This document shows, piece by piece, positions 1 through 10,285 of a stretch of 64,000 nt of DNA. The notes beneath the pieces are model-generated. The model ran no database searches, was not told the origin of the DNA, and worked only from the letters and a program-made list of their open reading frames with translations. Both the position numbers and the translations under genes were made by a program. The DNA comes from a virus. How positions within the stretch are numbered: the first letter of the stretch is position 1; each line of letters opens with the position of its first letter. Location: positions 1 to 64,000 of the IMG/VR virus record IMGVR_UViG_3300025010_000004. One strand, given 5' to 3'.

Positions 1-2
1 CT

Positions 3-3000
3 ACTGTAGACTTATCGTTTGACCCTGTAAATACTCCTATTACTGTTAAAGTGTATTTGTCTGAGTGGTTGTCATATTATAATGACCATAATCATACCAG
101 AAAAACCACGTTAGTAGTTAATGATTATACACTTAAAACCACCGCACTAGACACATTAGACAATCGGAATTCAATGTACGGGTTTAACCGGGTACAGAAC
201 TCATACACGTATAGCATGTTAGCGAGTAAGCCGGATTATCCAAACCAAGATAACCCTACTATGGGGGCGGTGGTAACAACTACTACTAGCGTTGATGCCG
301 CTAGTGTTGTAATTTCTGCACCAGTACTTTATAATAATGCCAACGACACCTTCGTAGAGTTCAAACTATTCTATAAAGAAGAGTCCGCGGTGGATTGGAT
401 AGAATATCCGGCACCACAAAATTATAAAGACTGGAACAAACTAACGGCAAAAGCTACTAAGGCGGAAGTTTCTGTAGCAAGAGAGATGGTGTTCCCTACC
501 ACTGGTACGTATAGTATTAGTTTACTAAGAGTTACTGACAACCATCATGCTGACCTTTCCATAGGCGACAATATATATCTTAAGTCAGTTGATGAGATAG
601 TTTTTAGTGAAATATCGTATGTCAACACTGCACTTCTAGGTCTGCGTATAAAAGCTACTGACCAGATTTCTGGTAGTATGCCTAATATAACCTCTGTTGT
701 CAAAGGCGTAAAAGTAAAAGTTCCTGCTGGCACAAACGGAAGCAATTATAATGGCTCTTCTAGATACATGCCTGGAGGGTACGCTAACTGGAACGGTCAG
801 CTTACCTCTACTAAAACTTGGACGGATAACCCTATATGGTGCCTTTACGATATTCTAACTAACGAGAGATACGGGCTTGGCAACTATTTCAAAATAGACC
901 CATCCAAGCACGGTTTAATGCTGGCCAACTTCTACACAATGGCAGAGTACTGCGACGTTAGAATTAAAGATGACGGCACAGTAGTAACTGACCCTGCTTC
1001 TGCGGATTGGACTGCGGCTAGGCCTAGGTTTAGTCTTAACCTTGTAATAGATGAATCTAAAAGTGCTCCTGAAATACTGACTGCAATTTGTACCGTAATG
1101 CGCGCGTCGTGGTATTACTCAGAAGGGCTTGTGTGGATTGACATAGACCGTAAGAAGAATATTTCTCAAATTTTTAACATGAGCAATATTAAAGAATTTA
1201 CGCAGGCTGGTTCTTCTTATCGGGGTATAAGCAACTCATACGAGATACAATATCTAAATAAAGATGACGATTACAAAAGCGATATTCTTATAGTAGAGTC
1301 AGCCGGCCTAGCTAACGACCTGACTATAGAAGAGCGCAAGAAAACTATACAACTACAAGGAGTAACTAGCTATAAGCAAGCTCAATCCTTAGGAAAGTAC
1401 GTTCTTGCTGCTGGGGAAAACCTACTTACTACCGTAAGTTTTAAAACTGGCACTCACGGCATAATGTCAACAGTTGGCGATGTTATAGGAGTCCAGCACG
1501 ACGTTCCTCAGTGGGGGTATGGAGGTAAAGTTGTATCTTACAATACAGGCACTAGAGAACTAGAACTTAGTGCTGAGGCAGTCTTTATAGAAGGTTCTGT
1601 GCTAGCTGTTATGATAACTGACGGGGTGGCTGCGCCTGAAACCTATAGTTTAGTACAGTCAGCCCCTGGAGCGTATACTACAATAACGCTTTCAGAAGAT
1701 CCTAGTCCTGCTCCTAAATCGGGAGACACTTACTACGTAGGCGAAGCTACTAATCTAATTAAGCCTTTTAAAATAATAGGGCTTAAAAGAGATACAGATG
1801 AAATTGTAGAAGTAATGTGTGTCGAATACAACGAGTCTATCTATGATAGCGCAGATGATATATCTGGGCTTAGTTCAGTATACCAAGTAAACTATTCTAG
1901 GTTGCCTGATGTATTAAATGTGTCGTCTATAACAAATTTCAAAGTAGAGGAAAGAGCCTACACAGATTCATCTGGAGCAGTTAAGTTTGGCGTTGATTGT
2001 TATTACACAATCCCTACGCAGATTAACTGGAAAGGTGTAATTATATACTATGGGGTTTATGGCTCAGGGGTCTATACCGCTTTGTCAATAGATAATACTG
2101 GACATGTATTTATCCCAGAAGTCTTAACCAGCGGCAGGTATCAGTTTGTAGCGTGTGCTGTTTACAAAGAAGGAGTGCAGCAGACTCTTAATGATGCATT
2201 TTATGATTTAGTTAATCTTCCGTTTGCTGATATTACTTTAACAGCTTCGTTGTCTAACACAGTAATGCTGGGAGGAATATCCGGTCTTCAAATTGACGGG
2301 CAAGGCAACAACACTGAGTTTCTAGGTAAGGATGTTAAGTTTACTTGGCGCAAACCTCAGTTACTAGATGCTTTAACTGGGCTTTCAGCAGGTGCTGAAT
2401 CTAATGGAGCTGGCTCTGATTCTTCTGCCGATTGGTTGAAGTACTATAAGATAGAAGTTTTGAACTCTTCTGGGTCTGTTAGGCGAACTGACAAGTCTTT
2501 TACAGAAGAGTATACGTACACTTATATCCAAAATCACGCTGACGGTATTAATAGAAATATTAGGTTTAGAGCTTGCGCTGTAGATAAACTGGGTAGAGAA
2601 GGGGCTTGGGCTACTATAGATGTTAGCAATCCTTCTCCTGCTGTGGTTAGTGGCGTTACTCTTACAGCTTTTAACGATTCTGTAGCAGTAAACTTCACAC
2701 CTTCTAGTGAGATAGATGTGTCTCATTACTTGGTTTACGCAAGTCAATCTAGTGGGTTTATCCCTGCGGAAAACCTTTTGGTAAACCGAGGACCAGAGAC
2801 TTCGTTCATACTTCCCGTAACTTTGTTCGGTACGTGGAATTTCGTCGTGTGTGCAGTAGATGCATTCGGCGAGTTAGGGCTTAATTACTCACCACAGTAC
2901 TCAGTTTACGTTTCTGCCCCACAAGTTCTTCCTGACGAACTATACACAACACTTAGGACAGACTTCTGGGTTAGAGATTCTATCTTTAATTTTAGCCCTG

Positions 3001-5705
3001 CTGGTTCTGCAAGCACAACACTTACTTGGACCGCTGGTAGCATTATAAGAAACGACACAGTATACACATTAGCCCAAGGAACACTAGATAGTGCCCACAA
3101 CTCTTACATTATAGCTACTCTTTCAAGTAGTACTGCTACTATCTCTAAAGCAGCGTTTGGAGCTGTTCCTGCATTAACAGCAAGTCAAGTAATAATTGCT
3201 GTTACTTCTTCTGCGCCTAGTAACGGAACTAACAACTACCTTTGCTACATGCGGCAAGCTAATAGTATGGAGATGGATGGGGCTATTATCCGCCAAGCGA
3301 CTATAGGCAGTTTACAGGTAGCAGACGCATCAATAACTCAAGCTAAGGTTACTGGTCTTGTTGTAGGCGATGATGGTATTAGCATGGGGGCTAATGCTAC
3401 TATATCTTGGGGAAAAGTAGAAAGCAAGCCTACCACTTTAGTGCCTAGAAATAGTTGTGTTGTTGACGGTAATAAGATTTCTAAAGTAAATGGAGCTGCG
3501 GCTTGGGACTCTGATTGCTATAGTAAAGAGGGATACGCCGGGGGCTCATACTGTACTTTTACTGCTGATAGGAACGATAGAGATATTGTGGCAGGGTTAA
3601 CAACAGAGCCTACCTATAATCAATCATACGCGTCAGTTCATTACGCTATAAACATAACAGCTAGCGGAACTGTTTACGGTTATAGATTCGGTGTCCAGAC
3701 ACCTGCTTCAGGGCTGAGCACTTATGTTGCTGGGGATGTATTTTCAGTTGTTTACGACGGAGTGGTAGTTAAGCTTCTTAAGAATGGTACTGTTATTGGT
3801 ACACTTACCCCTGCGGCGGCTAATCTTAAACTGTATTTTGACTGCTCCATGCACTCCTCAAACTGTTCTATAAGCAATGTTCAGTTTGGGCCTATGACTA
3901 ATAGCCAGTGGGCTGGTAACATGAACGGGTTTTTGAAGTCAGTTGATGGAGGGCAATACAGAACTACTGACTCATCCAAGAATGGGGCGATTAGAATACG
4001 CCTGCCTGTTTTTGCAGATACTATGATTAAGTTCTTTGTGGATATTTACGAGTATCTTAACGGGTACTCATGTACTATGGAAATTGCTGGGTATGCTTAC
4101 GCAGGAGCTAGCGCCTGGTATAACGTAACAGCTAGAGTGGTAGGGTCAAGCAACGTAGAATACCCTGTAAGATTTGGGGTATCTTCTAGTTTACCTGCGG
4201 TCTGGATAGGCAATGTAGGTGATGCATGGTCGTATCCACAGATAACTATACGGGATGTGACACTCGGTTACGCTGGAATGTCTAAGGACTTGTGGGAGAC
4301 AGGATGGCAGATTACTTTTGATACAGCTGCCCCTACTTCTGTTACGGCTGAGGTTTTAGATACTCTACCTGGTGCGGATTGGTCTAAAGTTTCAGGAACT
4401 GGAAGACCCGCGAATGGGGCAACTGTGGGTGCTACATTAGGAACTGATTTTAAAGCTCCAGATGGAACGGTGCTAAGCGGGGGTTATACTACTATTGGGC
4501 CTAATTTTGTTTATACTGGAGAGTTGAACGCTGATAACATAAATTCTGGAATGATAGTAAATAAGAATTATTTAACTAGCGGTAGTTACTCACCTAATAT
4601 TATACCAGTTAACTCTTCATCTATAACACTAAGATCAGCTGAGCAGTTCCCTGCGTCTGGGTGGGCTTATTTGGTAAGTAGCGGAGGTGTAGAAACATTT
4701 TATTACACATCAAAAAGCGGTAATACATTGCAAGGTATACCTGTAGGGGTTTCTGGTAATATAGCCTATACACACCCGGCAGGAGTTACTTGTACTCCAC
4801 TTAATAAACCTAGCCTAATTGTAAATTCTGATATAGGGCAGTTTATAGCTATATGTGACGCTAATGGTAGTGGTAATTACACCGCTATGGTTAATATAGG
4901 AAACTCGGTGGACACCTGGGGAGAGTCTTTTGCTTCTTTTGGTAATTTGCTGCAAGGGTATAAAAAGGGAGTAGTAGGTTTATCAGCAGATGATGTGGCT
5001 ATATATGGTTCGTCTTTCGGTTCAGTAGCTATTTATGGGTCTGCTAATGCATCTAATGCTATAGGAGTCTCCGGGTCTGCACAAGGGGCTGGGGGCAAAG
5101 GCGTACAAGGTAACGGAATTGGGTACGATTTTTATGCAGCAGGGTCTAATAAGATAAAAGGAACTGTAGTAGCGTCGTTTACCGGAGCGCATGAAGGGTT
5201 ATATAGTAAAGATTTGGCACTTGTTACTGGAGATATACTTGTAGATGTGTCCTTAGTACATAAAAGGGATATAGCACAAAATATATTTGTACACGAAGTG
5301 GCAACTAAAGAGAAGCAACGAGATATTATAGGCGTAGCCAGTTCAGAGAGAGTATCGTTATCCGAAGAGATCCCTATGTCTCTAGTGGATAAAACCAAAG
5401 AGGGTATAGTCGATCCTAAAGGGGTCACTTCATGGCAACCTATAGACGGATACCTAGAACTAGCTGAACTGTATGATTTAATTCATATAAATGCAGTTGG
5501 TGACGGGGGAATAAACGTATGTAAAGACGGTGGCAACATTCAAGCGGGTGATTACATTTGCTCTTCTTCAAGACCTGGGAAAGGTATGAAGCAGGATGAT
5601 GACCTTCTTCACAACTATACAGTAGCTAAAGCTAGAGAAGATTGCATCTGGGCTGACGACGAAGACGATACTAGAATGATAGCTTGCAGCTACCACTGCG
5701 GCTGA
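3..5705 (+). CDS. Tail tip / central tail fibre protein (lambda J-like host-specificity protein), 5' end outside the window
   Basis: Frame is open from position 3. J-like motifs (SYVNTALLGLRIKATDQISG, WTDNPIWCLYDILTNERYGLG), FN3-like repeats, and a C-terminal FTGAH...GDYICSS...CSYHCG chaperone-like domain. Confidence 0.85.
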   Translation, partial: TVDLSFDPVNTPITVKVYLSEWLSYYNDHNHTRKTTLVVNDYTLKTTALDTLDNRNSMYGFNRVQNSYTYSMLASKPDYPNQDNPTMGAVVTTTTSVDAASVVISAPVLYNNANDTFVEFKLFYKEESAVDWIEYPAPQNYKDWNKLTAKATKAEVSVAREMVFPTTGTYSISLLRVTDNHHADLSIGDNIYLKSVDEIVFSEISYVNTALLGLRIKATDQISGSMPNITSVVKGVKVKVPAGTNGSNYNGSSRYMPGGYANWNGQLTSTKTWTDNPIWCLYDILTNERYGLGNYFKIDPSKHGLMLANFYTMAEYCDVRIKDDGTVVTDPASADWTAARPRFSLNLVIDESKSAPEILTAICTVMRASWYYSEGLVWIDIDRKKNISQIFNMSNIKEFTQAGSSYRGISNSYEIQYLNKDDDYKSDILIVESAGLANDLTIEERKKTIQLQGVTSYKQAQSLGKYVLAAGENLLTTVSFKTGTHGIMSTVGDVIGVQHDVPQWGYGGKVVSYNTGTRELELSAEAVFIEGSVLAVMITDGVAAPETYSLVQSAPGAYTTITLSEDPSPAPKSGDTYYVGEATNLIKPFKIIGLKRDTDEIVEVMCVEYNESIYDSADDISGLSSVYQVNYSRLPDVLNVSSITNFKVEERAYTDSSGAVKFGVDCYYTIPTQINWKGVIIYYGVYGSGVYTALSIDNTGHVFIPEVLTSGRYQFVACAVYKEGVQQTLNDAFYDLVNLPFADITLTASLSNTVMLGGISGLQIDGQGNNTEFLGKDVKFTWRKPQLLDALTGLSAGAESNGAGSDSSADWLKYYKIEVLNSSGSVRRTDKSFTEEYTYTYIQNHADGINRNIRFRACAVDKLGREGAWATIDVSNPSPAVVSGVTLTAFNDSVAVNFTPSSEIDVSHYLVYASQSSGFIPAENLLVNRGPETSFILPVTLFGTWNFVVCAVDAFGELGLNYSPQYSVYVSAPQVLPDELYTTLRTDFWVRDSIFNFSPAGSASTTLTWTAGSIIRNDTVYTLAQGTLDSAHNSYIIATLSSSTATISKAAFGAVPALTASQVIIAVTSSAPSNGTNNYLCYMRQANSMEMDGAIIRQATIGSLQVADASITQAKVTGLVVGDDGISMGANATISWGKVESKPTTLVPRNSCVVDGNKISKVNGAAAWDSDCYSKEGYAGGSYCTFTADRNDRDIVAGLTTEPTYNQSYASVHYAINITASGTVYGYRFGVQTPASGLSTYVAGDVFSVVYDGVVVKLLKNGTVIGTLTPAAANLKLYFDCSMHSSNCSISNVQFGPMTNSQWAGNMNGFLKSVDGGQYRTTDSSKNGAIRIRLPVFADTMIKFFVDIYEYLNGYSCTMEIAGYAYAGASAWYNVTARVVGSSNVEYPVRFGVSSSLPAVWIGNVGDAWSYPQITIRDVTLGYAGMSKDLWETGWQITFDTAAPTSVTAEVLDTLPGADWSKVSGTGRPANGATVGATLGTDFKAPDGTVLSGGYTTIGPNFVYTGELNADNINSGMIVNKNYLTSGSYSPNIIPVNSSSITLRSAEQFPASGWAYLVSSGGVETFYYTSKSGNTLQGIPVGVSGNIAYTHPAGVTCTPLNKPSLIVNSDIGQFIAICDANGSGNYTAMVNIGNSVDTWGESFASFGNLLQGYKKGVVGLSADDVAIYGSSFGSVAIYGSANASNAIGVSGSAQGAGGKGVQGNGIGYDFYAAGSNKIKGTVVASFTGAHEGLYSKDLALVTGDILVDVSLVHKRDIAQNIFVHEVATKEKQRDIIGVASSERVSLSEEIPMSLVDKTKEGIVDPKGVTSWQPIDGYLELAELYDLIHINAVGDGGINVCKDGGNIQAGDYICSSSRPGKGMKQDDDLLHNYTVAKAREDCIWADDEDDTRMIACSYHCG

Positions 5706-5735
5706 TTAACTATTTGATTTTATTGAGGTTTTATA

Positions 5736-6275
5736 GTGATAGTATATAAAGCTACGAACAATATAAACGGAAAAATTTATATAGGGTACACCACTAACTC
5801 TTTAGAGCATAGGAAAAGACAGCACATAAGTAGAGCTAAAAGCAAACACCAAGGAATATCGTTGTTTCATTTGGCTCTACGTAAATATGGACCTGCTAAT
5901 TTTTCATGGGTTGTTATAGATAGCGGGGTGAGTAGAGACGAACTTATACTTAAAGAAGAATTTTGGATAAATTTTTATAAAAGTAGCAGCGTGTTATATA
6001 ACCTGCGTAGTGGTGGAGCAGTAGGGTCAACACTATCAAATGATATTAAAAGACAAATATCAATAAAATTAAAGAATAGGCAAATAAAAGATGAATTAAA
6101 GAGGAAGGTAATGTGTGTTGATACTGGAGAAGTATTCGATTCGCTTACAGCAGCCGCCAAGTTTTTAAAAACATCAAGGTCTAACATTAGAAGAGTACTA
6201 GACTCAATAGGAACTTGTAAAGGGTTGACGTGGATTACTATTAAACTACCAGAGTACGGTTATACATATAATTAG
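5736..6275 (+). CDS. Free-standing GIY-YIG homing endonuclease with NUMOD1-like C-terminus
   Basis: MIVYKATNNINGKIYIG motif; C-terminal VMCVDTGEVFDSLTAAAKFL; AT-rich relative to flanks. Confidence 0.85.
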   Translation: MIVYKATNNINGKIYIGYTTNSLEHRKRQHISRAKSKHQGISLFHLALRKYGPANFSWVVIDSGVSRDELILKEEFWINFYKSSSVLYNLRSGGAVGSTLSNDIKRQISIKLKNRQIKDELKRKVMCVDTGEVFDSLTAAAKFLKTSRSNIRRVLDSIGTCKGLTWITIKLPEYGYTYN

Positions 6276-6285
6276 GAGGGTTCAA

Positions 6286-7080
6286 GTGGCATACATATCA
6301 AACGGAACAATCTCAATATACAAAGGAACAGCTCCTATAGGACTTTCCGCCAGCCTTACTACAGGTGGAACCATACCGCTAGCTACATATAACTATAAGT
6401 TGGCTGCTGTGTTTCCTTCTGGCGAGTCTTTGCCTTCTGCTGCGGTTAACGCAGTAGTGGCTAATTCCACTAATGACGCTGTGTACTTAACCTGGACCGC
6501 AGTTACTGGGGCAACTTCATACAGAATATATAGAAAAGCCTCAACTGATGCTAATTACACTGAATACCTAACATCTGCTACTAATTCACTTCTAGATACC
6601 AACCAAGTAAGAAGTAGTGGCTCCCCGCAGGTATCCGACACAGTTAGCAATAAAGTAGTCGGAAGCGGCACTACCTTCTTAACTGGAGTTACTGTAGGTA
6701 ACAGCTTTAAAGTACGAAGTGATTCTGTTATTTATCAAGTAGCTGCTATTACTAGCGATACTTTGCTTAGCCTTAGTGTTAATTATGAAGGTAGCGCTGT
6801 TACAGGTGGACAGTACCAAATAAGCAATTACTACACACCTAACCTTAATCTAGCTGAGATAGACATGTATACAGCCGACTGGCCTCATTGGTTGACTACT
6901 GAGGTTATACGCAGGCTAGACCAGAAATTTACAAACGGGCTTACTATTAGCCCAGCGGCTAGCTCAACTCCTACAGTAAATGGAACTATGCAGTTTGAGT
7001 TAACTAGCAATACTAGCCTTAAAGTTAAGGTAAAAGGGGCTGATGGGGTTGTAAGAAGTACCACATTAACGTTAGCATAA
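6286..7080 (+). CDS. Tail fibre/structural protein
   Basis: Thr/Ser/Gly-rich; FN3-like LTWTAVTGATSYRIYR; phage fibre-type C-terminus ELTSNTSLKVKVKGADGVVRSTTLTLA; GGAGG RBS. Confidence 0.6.
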   Translation: MAYISNGTISIYKGTAPIGLSASLTTGGTIPLATYNYKLAAVFPSGESLPSAAVNAVVANSTNDAVYLTWTAVTGATSYRIYRKASTDANYTEYLTSATNSLLDTNQVRSSGSPQVSDTVSNKVVGSGTTFLTGVTVGNSFKVRSDSVIYQVAAITSDTLLSLSVNYEGSAVTGGQYQISNYYTPNLNLAEIDMYTADWPHWLTTEVIRRLDQKFTNGLTISPAASSTPTVNGTMQFELTSNTSLKVKVKGADGVVRSTTLTLA

Positions 7081-7092
7081 AGGAAAATACTA

Positions 7093-7257
7093 ATGGCAAA
7101 AAAACCAGCCCTCAAAGCAGTACCTAAAACATCTAAAATTGACAAAGAAGTTAAGGGCAAAAGGAAAGGTAAGTCTAAAAAGACCAATCAAGGCAACTCT
7201 CGTAACACTAAACGCACCACTAAGAATAAAACAAGAGAGAAAAAGGGTAGAAAATGA
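7093..7257 (+). CDS. Small highly basic protein (54 aa), not in the ORF track
   Basis: AAGGA RBS, ATG at 7093, MAKKPALKAVPKTSK...REKKGRK; its TGA overlaps the endolysin ATG (ATGA). Confidence 0.6.
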   Translation: MAKKPALKAVPKTSKIDKEVKGKRKGKSKKTNQGNSRNTKRTTKNKTREKKGRK

Positions 7258-7727
7258 AACCTCAAATTTCTGATATGCACCCAAAGTTACAGGAATTTTT
7301 TAAAGAATTTTCAGCTAAAATGGCAGAGGCTGGAGTTCCGTTCGCCTTAACTTGCGTACTAAGAACTAAAGCAGAGCAGACTGCCTACTACGCTCAGGGC
7401 AGAAAGTCATTGGTAGAAGTAAACATACTGCGGCTTGCCGCAGGTATGTCTATGCTAGTTCCTTCTGAGAACAAATACACAGTGACTAGTACTATGAATA
7501 GTAAACACTTTCCTGACGCTAATGGTAAATCTAGAGCCTTTGATATAGTCATTTTGAAGAATGGAAAGACTTTGGTTTGGGATATTAAATGGGATGGGGA
7601 TAAGGATGGTATACCTGATTACTTAGAAGCTGCAAATATTGCTAAAGATATTGGGTTGGAGGCAGGCGCTTTTTGGAAGACGTTTAAAGACTATCCACAC
7701 GCGCAGCTACCTGCAAGTATAAAATAA
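7254..7727 (+). CDS. Endolysin, peptidase M15 family (L-Ala-D-Glu endopeptidase-like)
   Basis: LRTKAEQTAYYAQGR, SKH...AFD, and W..FKDYPHAQL Zn-binding motifs. Confidence 0.85.
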   Translation: MKPQISDMHPKLQEFFKEFSAKMAEAGVPFALTCVLRTKAEQTAYYAQGRKSLVEVNILRLAAGMSMLVPSENKYTVTSTMNSKHFPDANGKSRAFDIVILKNGKTLVWDIKWDGDKDGIPDYLEAANIAKDIGLEAGAFWKTFKDYPHAQLPASIK

Positions 7728-7740
7728 AAAGTAATAATAT

Positions 7741-7770
7741 TTGCATGTTTTAGGTATATAAATATATAGT
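7741..7770 (+). promoter_or_regulatory. Possible promoter for the 7823-14566 block
   Basis: TTGCAT-N18-TATAGT in an AT-rich intergenic gap; contains GGTATATAA, also seen upstream of nrdD and of the 62069 endonuclease. Confidence 0.35.
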
Positions 7771-7790
7771 AGGACTGTTTTTAATCTAAA

Positions 7791-7806
7791 GTAGAACATG
7801 TTCTAC
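7791..7806. promoter_or_regulatory. 16-bp palindrome site 1
   Basis: GTAGAACATGTTCTAC between the putative promoter and the RBS of 7823. Confidence 0.75.
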
Positions 7807-7822
7807 CTATACTAAGGAGTGC

Positions 7823-9424
7823 TTGATGGCCTTAAATCTAAGAACCATATCTAACAGCGGAGCTGGTCTTAAAGATCCTGCAGGTAATCTGCTGTCTAAT
7901 ATAGAAGTTTCTTTTACCTTAGTTGATAGGTACGGAAAAGCCAAAGACTTTTTCGATAGTGTAACTGGTGAAAGAGTAGCATCTGTTACAAAATCTGTAA
8001 CTACTAACAGCTCGGCTGAGTTTTCTATAGCACTTTGGCCTACTTCTAGAGCGACAGAAACAGCCTTCTACAAGTGTAGTGTCAATCACACTGGGATTAA
8101 AGATTTTATATCTCCTTTAGTTGAAGGGGAATCTGTATTATCTTGGGCTACGTTTAAAGCTTCTGGCGCTTCTATAGAGGCCAATGAGACTTCTGGTTTT
8201 GCGCAGCATTTACAAGATATGTCTCTGCATTTAACTACTGCGCAGAACATAGCTTTGGATGCTGCTAATAATCCTTCTATAGCTAACCCTTACGCGACTT
8301 TGAATGATATAGTTCTGTCTGGAGGCGGTCACGTAGTACAGGACGAAGGTAATAATGCGCCTGCACAGGGGAAGCTTAATTTTGTAGGAGCAGGAGTAAC
8401 TGTTTCTGATGACCCTGATAACGGGGCTACTGTAGTCACTATCGTGACCGGCGAAACAAGCGCCGCTACTAATTTAGTAGCTGGGGCTGTTAAGCTGTCT
8501 GTAGCTGCGGTTGATGCTGAGAATCCTATAGCAGTTGGCACTAACGACTCTAGGCTTAGTGATTCACGAACTCCTCTTAGCCATACACAGCCTCTTTCAA
8601 CTATAAACGATGTAACTATATCTGCCGCTAATCTCAATAGTTTAGATGATGGAATTAACTCTACACTCCATTTTCACAATGCTGATAGAGATAGGGCTAA
8701 CCACACAGGAACTCAGGGGTGGGCTACTGTAACAAAGACAGGATCTTTCTTAACTGACATAGCAGATATACCAACTCCGGTAGCTAGTAAAGCTCTTAAA
8801 AGAAACGCCACTAACACAGGCTACGAGTGGGCAGATATTTCTGGGTTAACTGACCATGAGGGATTGACTGGTTTGCTAGGTGGTGCTGCAAACGACCACC
8901 ATCACATAACTAGTGCTCAACGAACAGATTTAACGGACGGCGGTGATAGCACTCTCCATTATCATGCTAGTGACCGACTTGTTGATAACCATGTATCAGG
9001 AACTACGAATAAGCTTTTTACTGCTACAGAGAAAACTAAATTAGCAGGCATATCTGATGCTGCAAATAATTATACTCATCCTTCAACACACTCTGCTGAT
9101 ATAGTAACTGATGGCACAACTAATAAAGCATTTACTGCAACTGAAAAAACAAAGCTAAGTGGTATCGCAGATAGCGCCAATAATTATGCTCACCCATCAA
9201 CTCATACAGCAAGTATTATCTCTGTAGCTACTACTGGGTTTGCTGGTAATTTAACTTCAGCAGAAGATACTGTGCAAAAGGCGCTAGATAAGATTGACGA
9301 TTTAGTTTTAGGAGCCACGCAAGTAGTATTGGAGCATGAAGACACGCAAATAACCACGCAATATACGTTAGTGGTTGGATTAGACGAAGAAGGAAATACT
9401 GTACTAAAAATAGTGGAGTTATAA
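7823..9424 (+). CDS. Tail fibre-like protein with His-rich internal repeats
   Basis: Duplicated GTTNKxFTATEKTKLxGIxDxANNYxHPSTH and L(D/T)DGxxSTLH(F/Y)H repeats, typical of phage fibre shafts. Confidence 0.6.
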   Translation: MMALNLRTISNSGAGLKDPAGNLLSNIEVSFTLVDRYGKAKDFFDSVTGERVASVTKSVTTNSSAEFSIALWPTSRATETAFYKCSVNHTGIKDFISPLVEGESVLSWATFKASGASIEANETSGFAQHLQDMSLHLTTAQNIALDAANNPSIANPYATLNDIVLSGGGHVVQDEGNNAPAQGKLNFVGAGVTVSDDPDNGATVVTIVTGETSAATNLVAGAVKLSVAAVDAENPIAVGTNDSRLSDSRTPLSHTQPLSTINDVTISAANLNSLDDGINSTLHFHNADRDRANHTGTQGWATVTKTGSFLTDIADIPTPVASKALKRNATNTGYEWADISGLTDHEGLTGLLGGAANDHHHITSAQRTDLTDGGDSTLHYHASDRLVDNHVSGTTNKLFTATEKTKLAGISDAANNYTHPSTHSADIVTDGTTNKAFTATEKTKLSGIADSANNYAHPSTHTASIISVATTGFAGNLTSAEDTVQKALDKIDDLVLGATQVVLEHEDTQITTQYTLVVGLDEEGNTVLKIVEL

Positions 9425-10276
9425 ATGAACTTTCGAATTAAAAATAAAGCTACTATACTTTTCACTGCGACTATTGGCGCTTTCTTTGTAGCCCAGATAT
9501 ATGCGGCTCCTGGGGATAAAACTGACGTTGGAAGTGTTTCTGCTGTGAGGCATAAGCGGTTATCTAGCGCTACGTTAGACTACAATAGGATGCCTAACCG
9601 AGTAGTTGTTCAGGATAGTCTAACCTCCGCTTCATCTACTGAGGCTCTCTCAGCAAAGCAAGGTAAGAATCTTAAAGCGATCCAGGACAACTACAGCACG
9701 GCGCAAGCCGCAAAGGATGAAGCACAAGACTCCAATATTAACGCGCGCCTTGCAACCTCAACGGCAGCAGCAACCTACAAAACCCTCGAAGGTTTCAACG
9801 ACTACTCCGCCGCACAACACGCCAAGCGCATCGCCCACAAAACCGCCGACGATCACCCCCAGTACCACAACGACACGCGGGGGGATGCGCGGTATCAGAA
9901 AAGCACATTAACCGGGCTTTCCGGCGATGCCACGTTACGCACCAACAACACCTACATTGCCAACGCCACCGGCAGATTGACGTTAGCCAATTACTCCACA
10001 GGCAGAATCGTTTTGTTCACGAATTACAGCGCCCGGCTCATCCCAGGTCAATCATCCATGCAGGTTAAGTGGACGCATCCTTCCACTTTCACAGGCTACA
10101 CAACATCGGCAGGATGGTCGGTAAAAATACCGGTCAATACCTACCTGGAACTGGTATCGCTAGGCTCCCCAATGTGGCAGGCGATCATGACAACGCAGCA
10201 CCTGGTTAAAACTGGAATAGATGAATTTAACGCACTGCCGAGTGCAACCATAGTTATTACCAACTTAGTACCATAG
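9425..10276 (+). CDS. Hypothetical protein with signal-peptide-like N-terminus; compositionally chimeric
   Basis: Basic-hydrophobic N-terminus ending IYA/AP; DDHPQYHNDTRGDARY fibre-like motif; base composition shifts near 9680. Confidence 0.55.
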   Translation: MNFRIKNKATILFTATIGAFFVAQIYAAPGDKTDVGSVSAVRHKRLSSATLDYNRMPNRVVVQDSLTSASSTEALSAKQGKNLKAIQDNYSTAQAAKDEAQDSNINARLATSTAAATYKTLEGFNDYSAAQHAKRIAHKTADDHPQYHNDTRGDARYQKSTLTGLSGDATLRTNNTYIANATGRLTLANYSTGRIVLFTNYSARLIPGQSSMQVKWTHPSTFTGYTTSAGWSVKIPVNTYLELVSLGSPMWQAIMTTQHLVKTGIDEFNALPSATIVITNLVP

Positions 10277-10285
10277 GAGGTCGGG

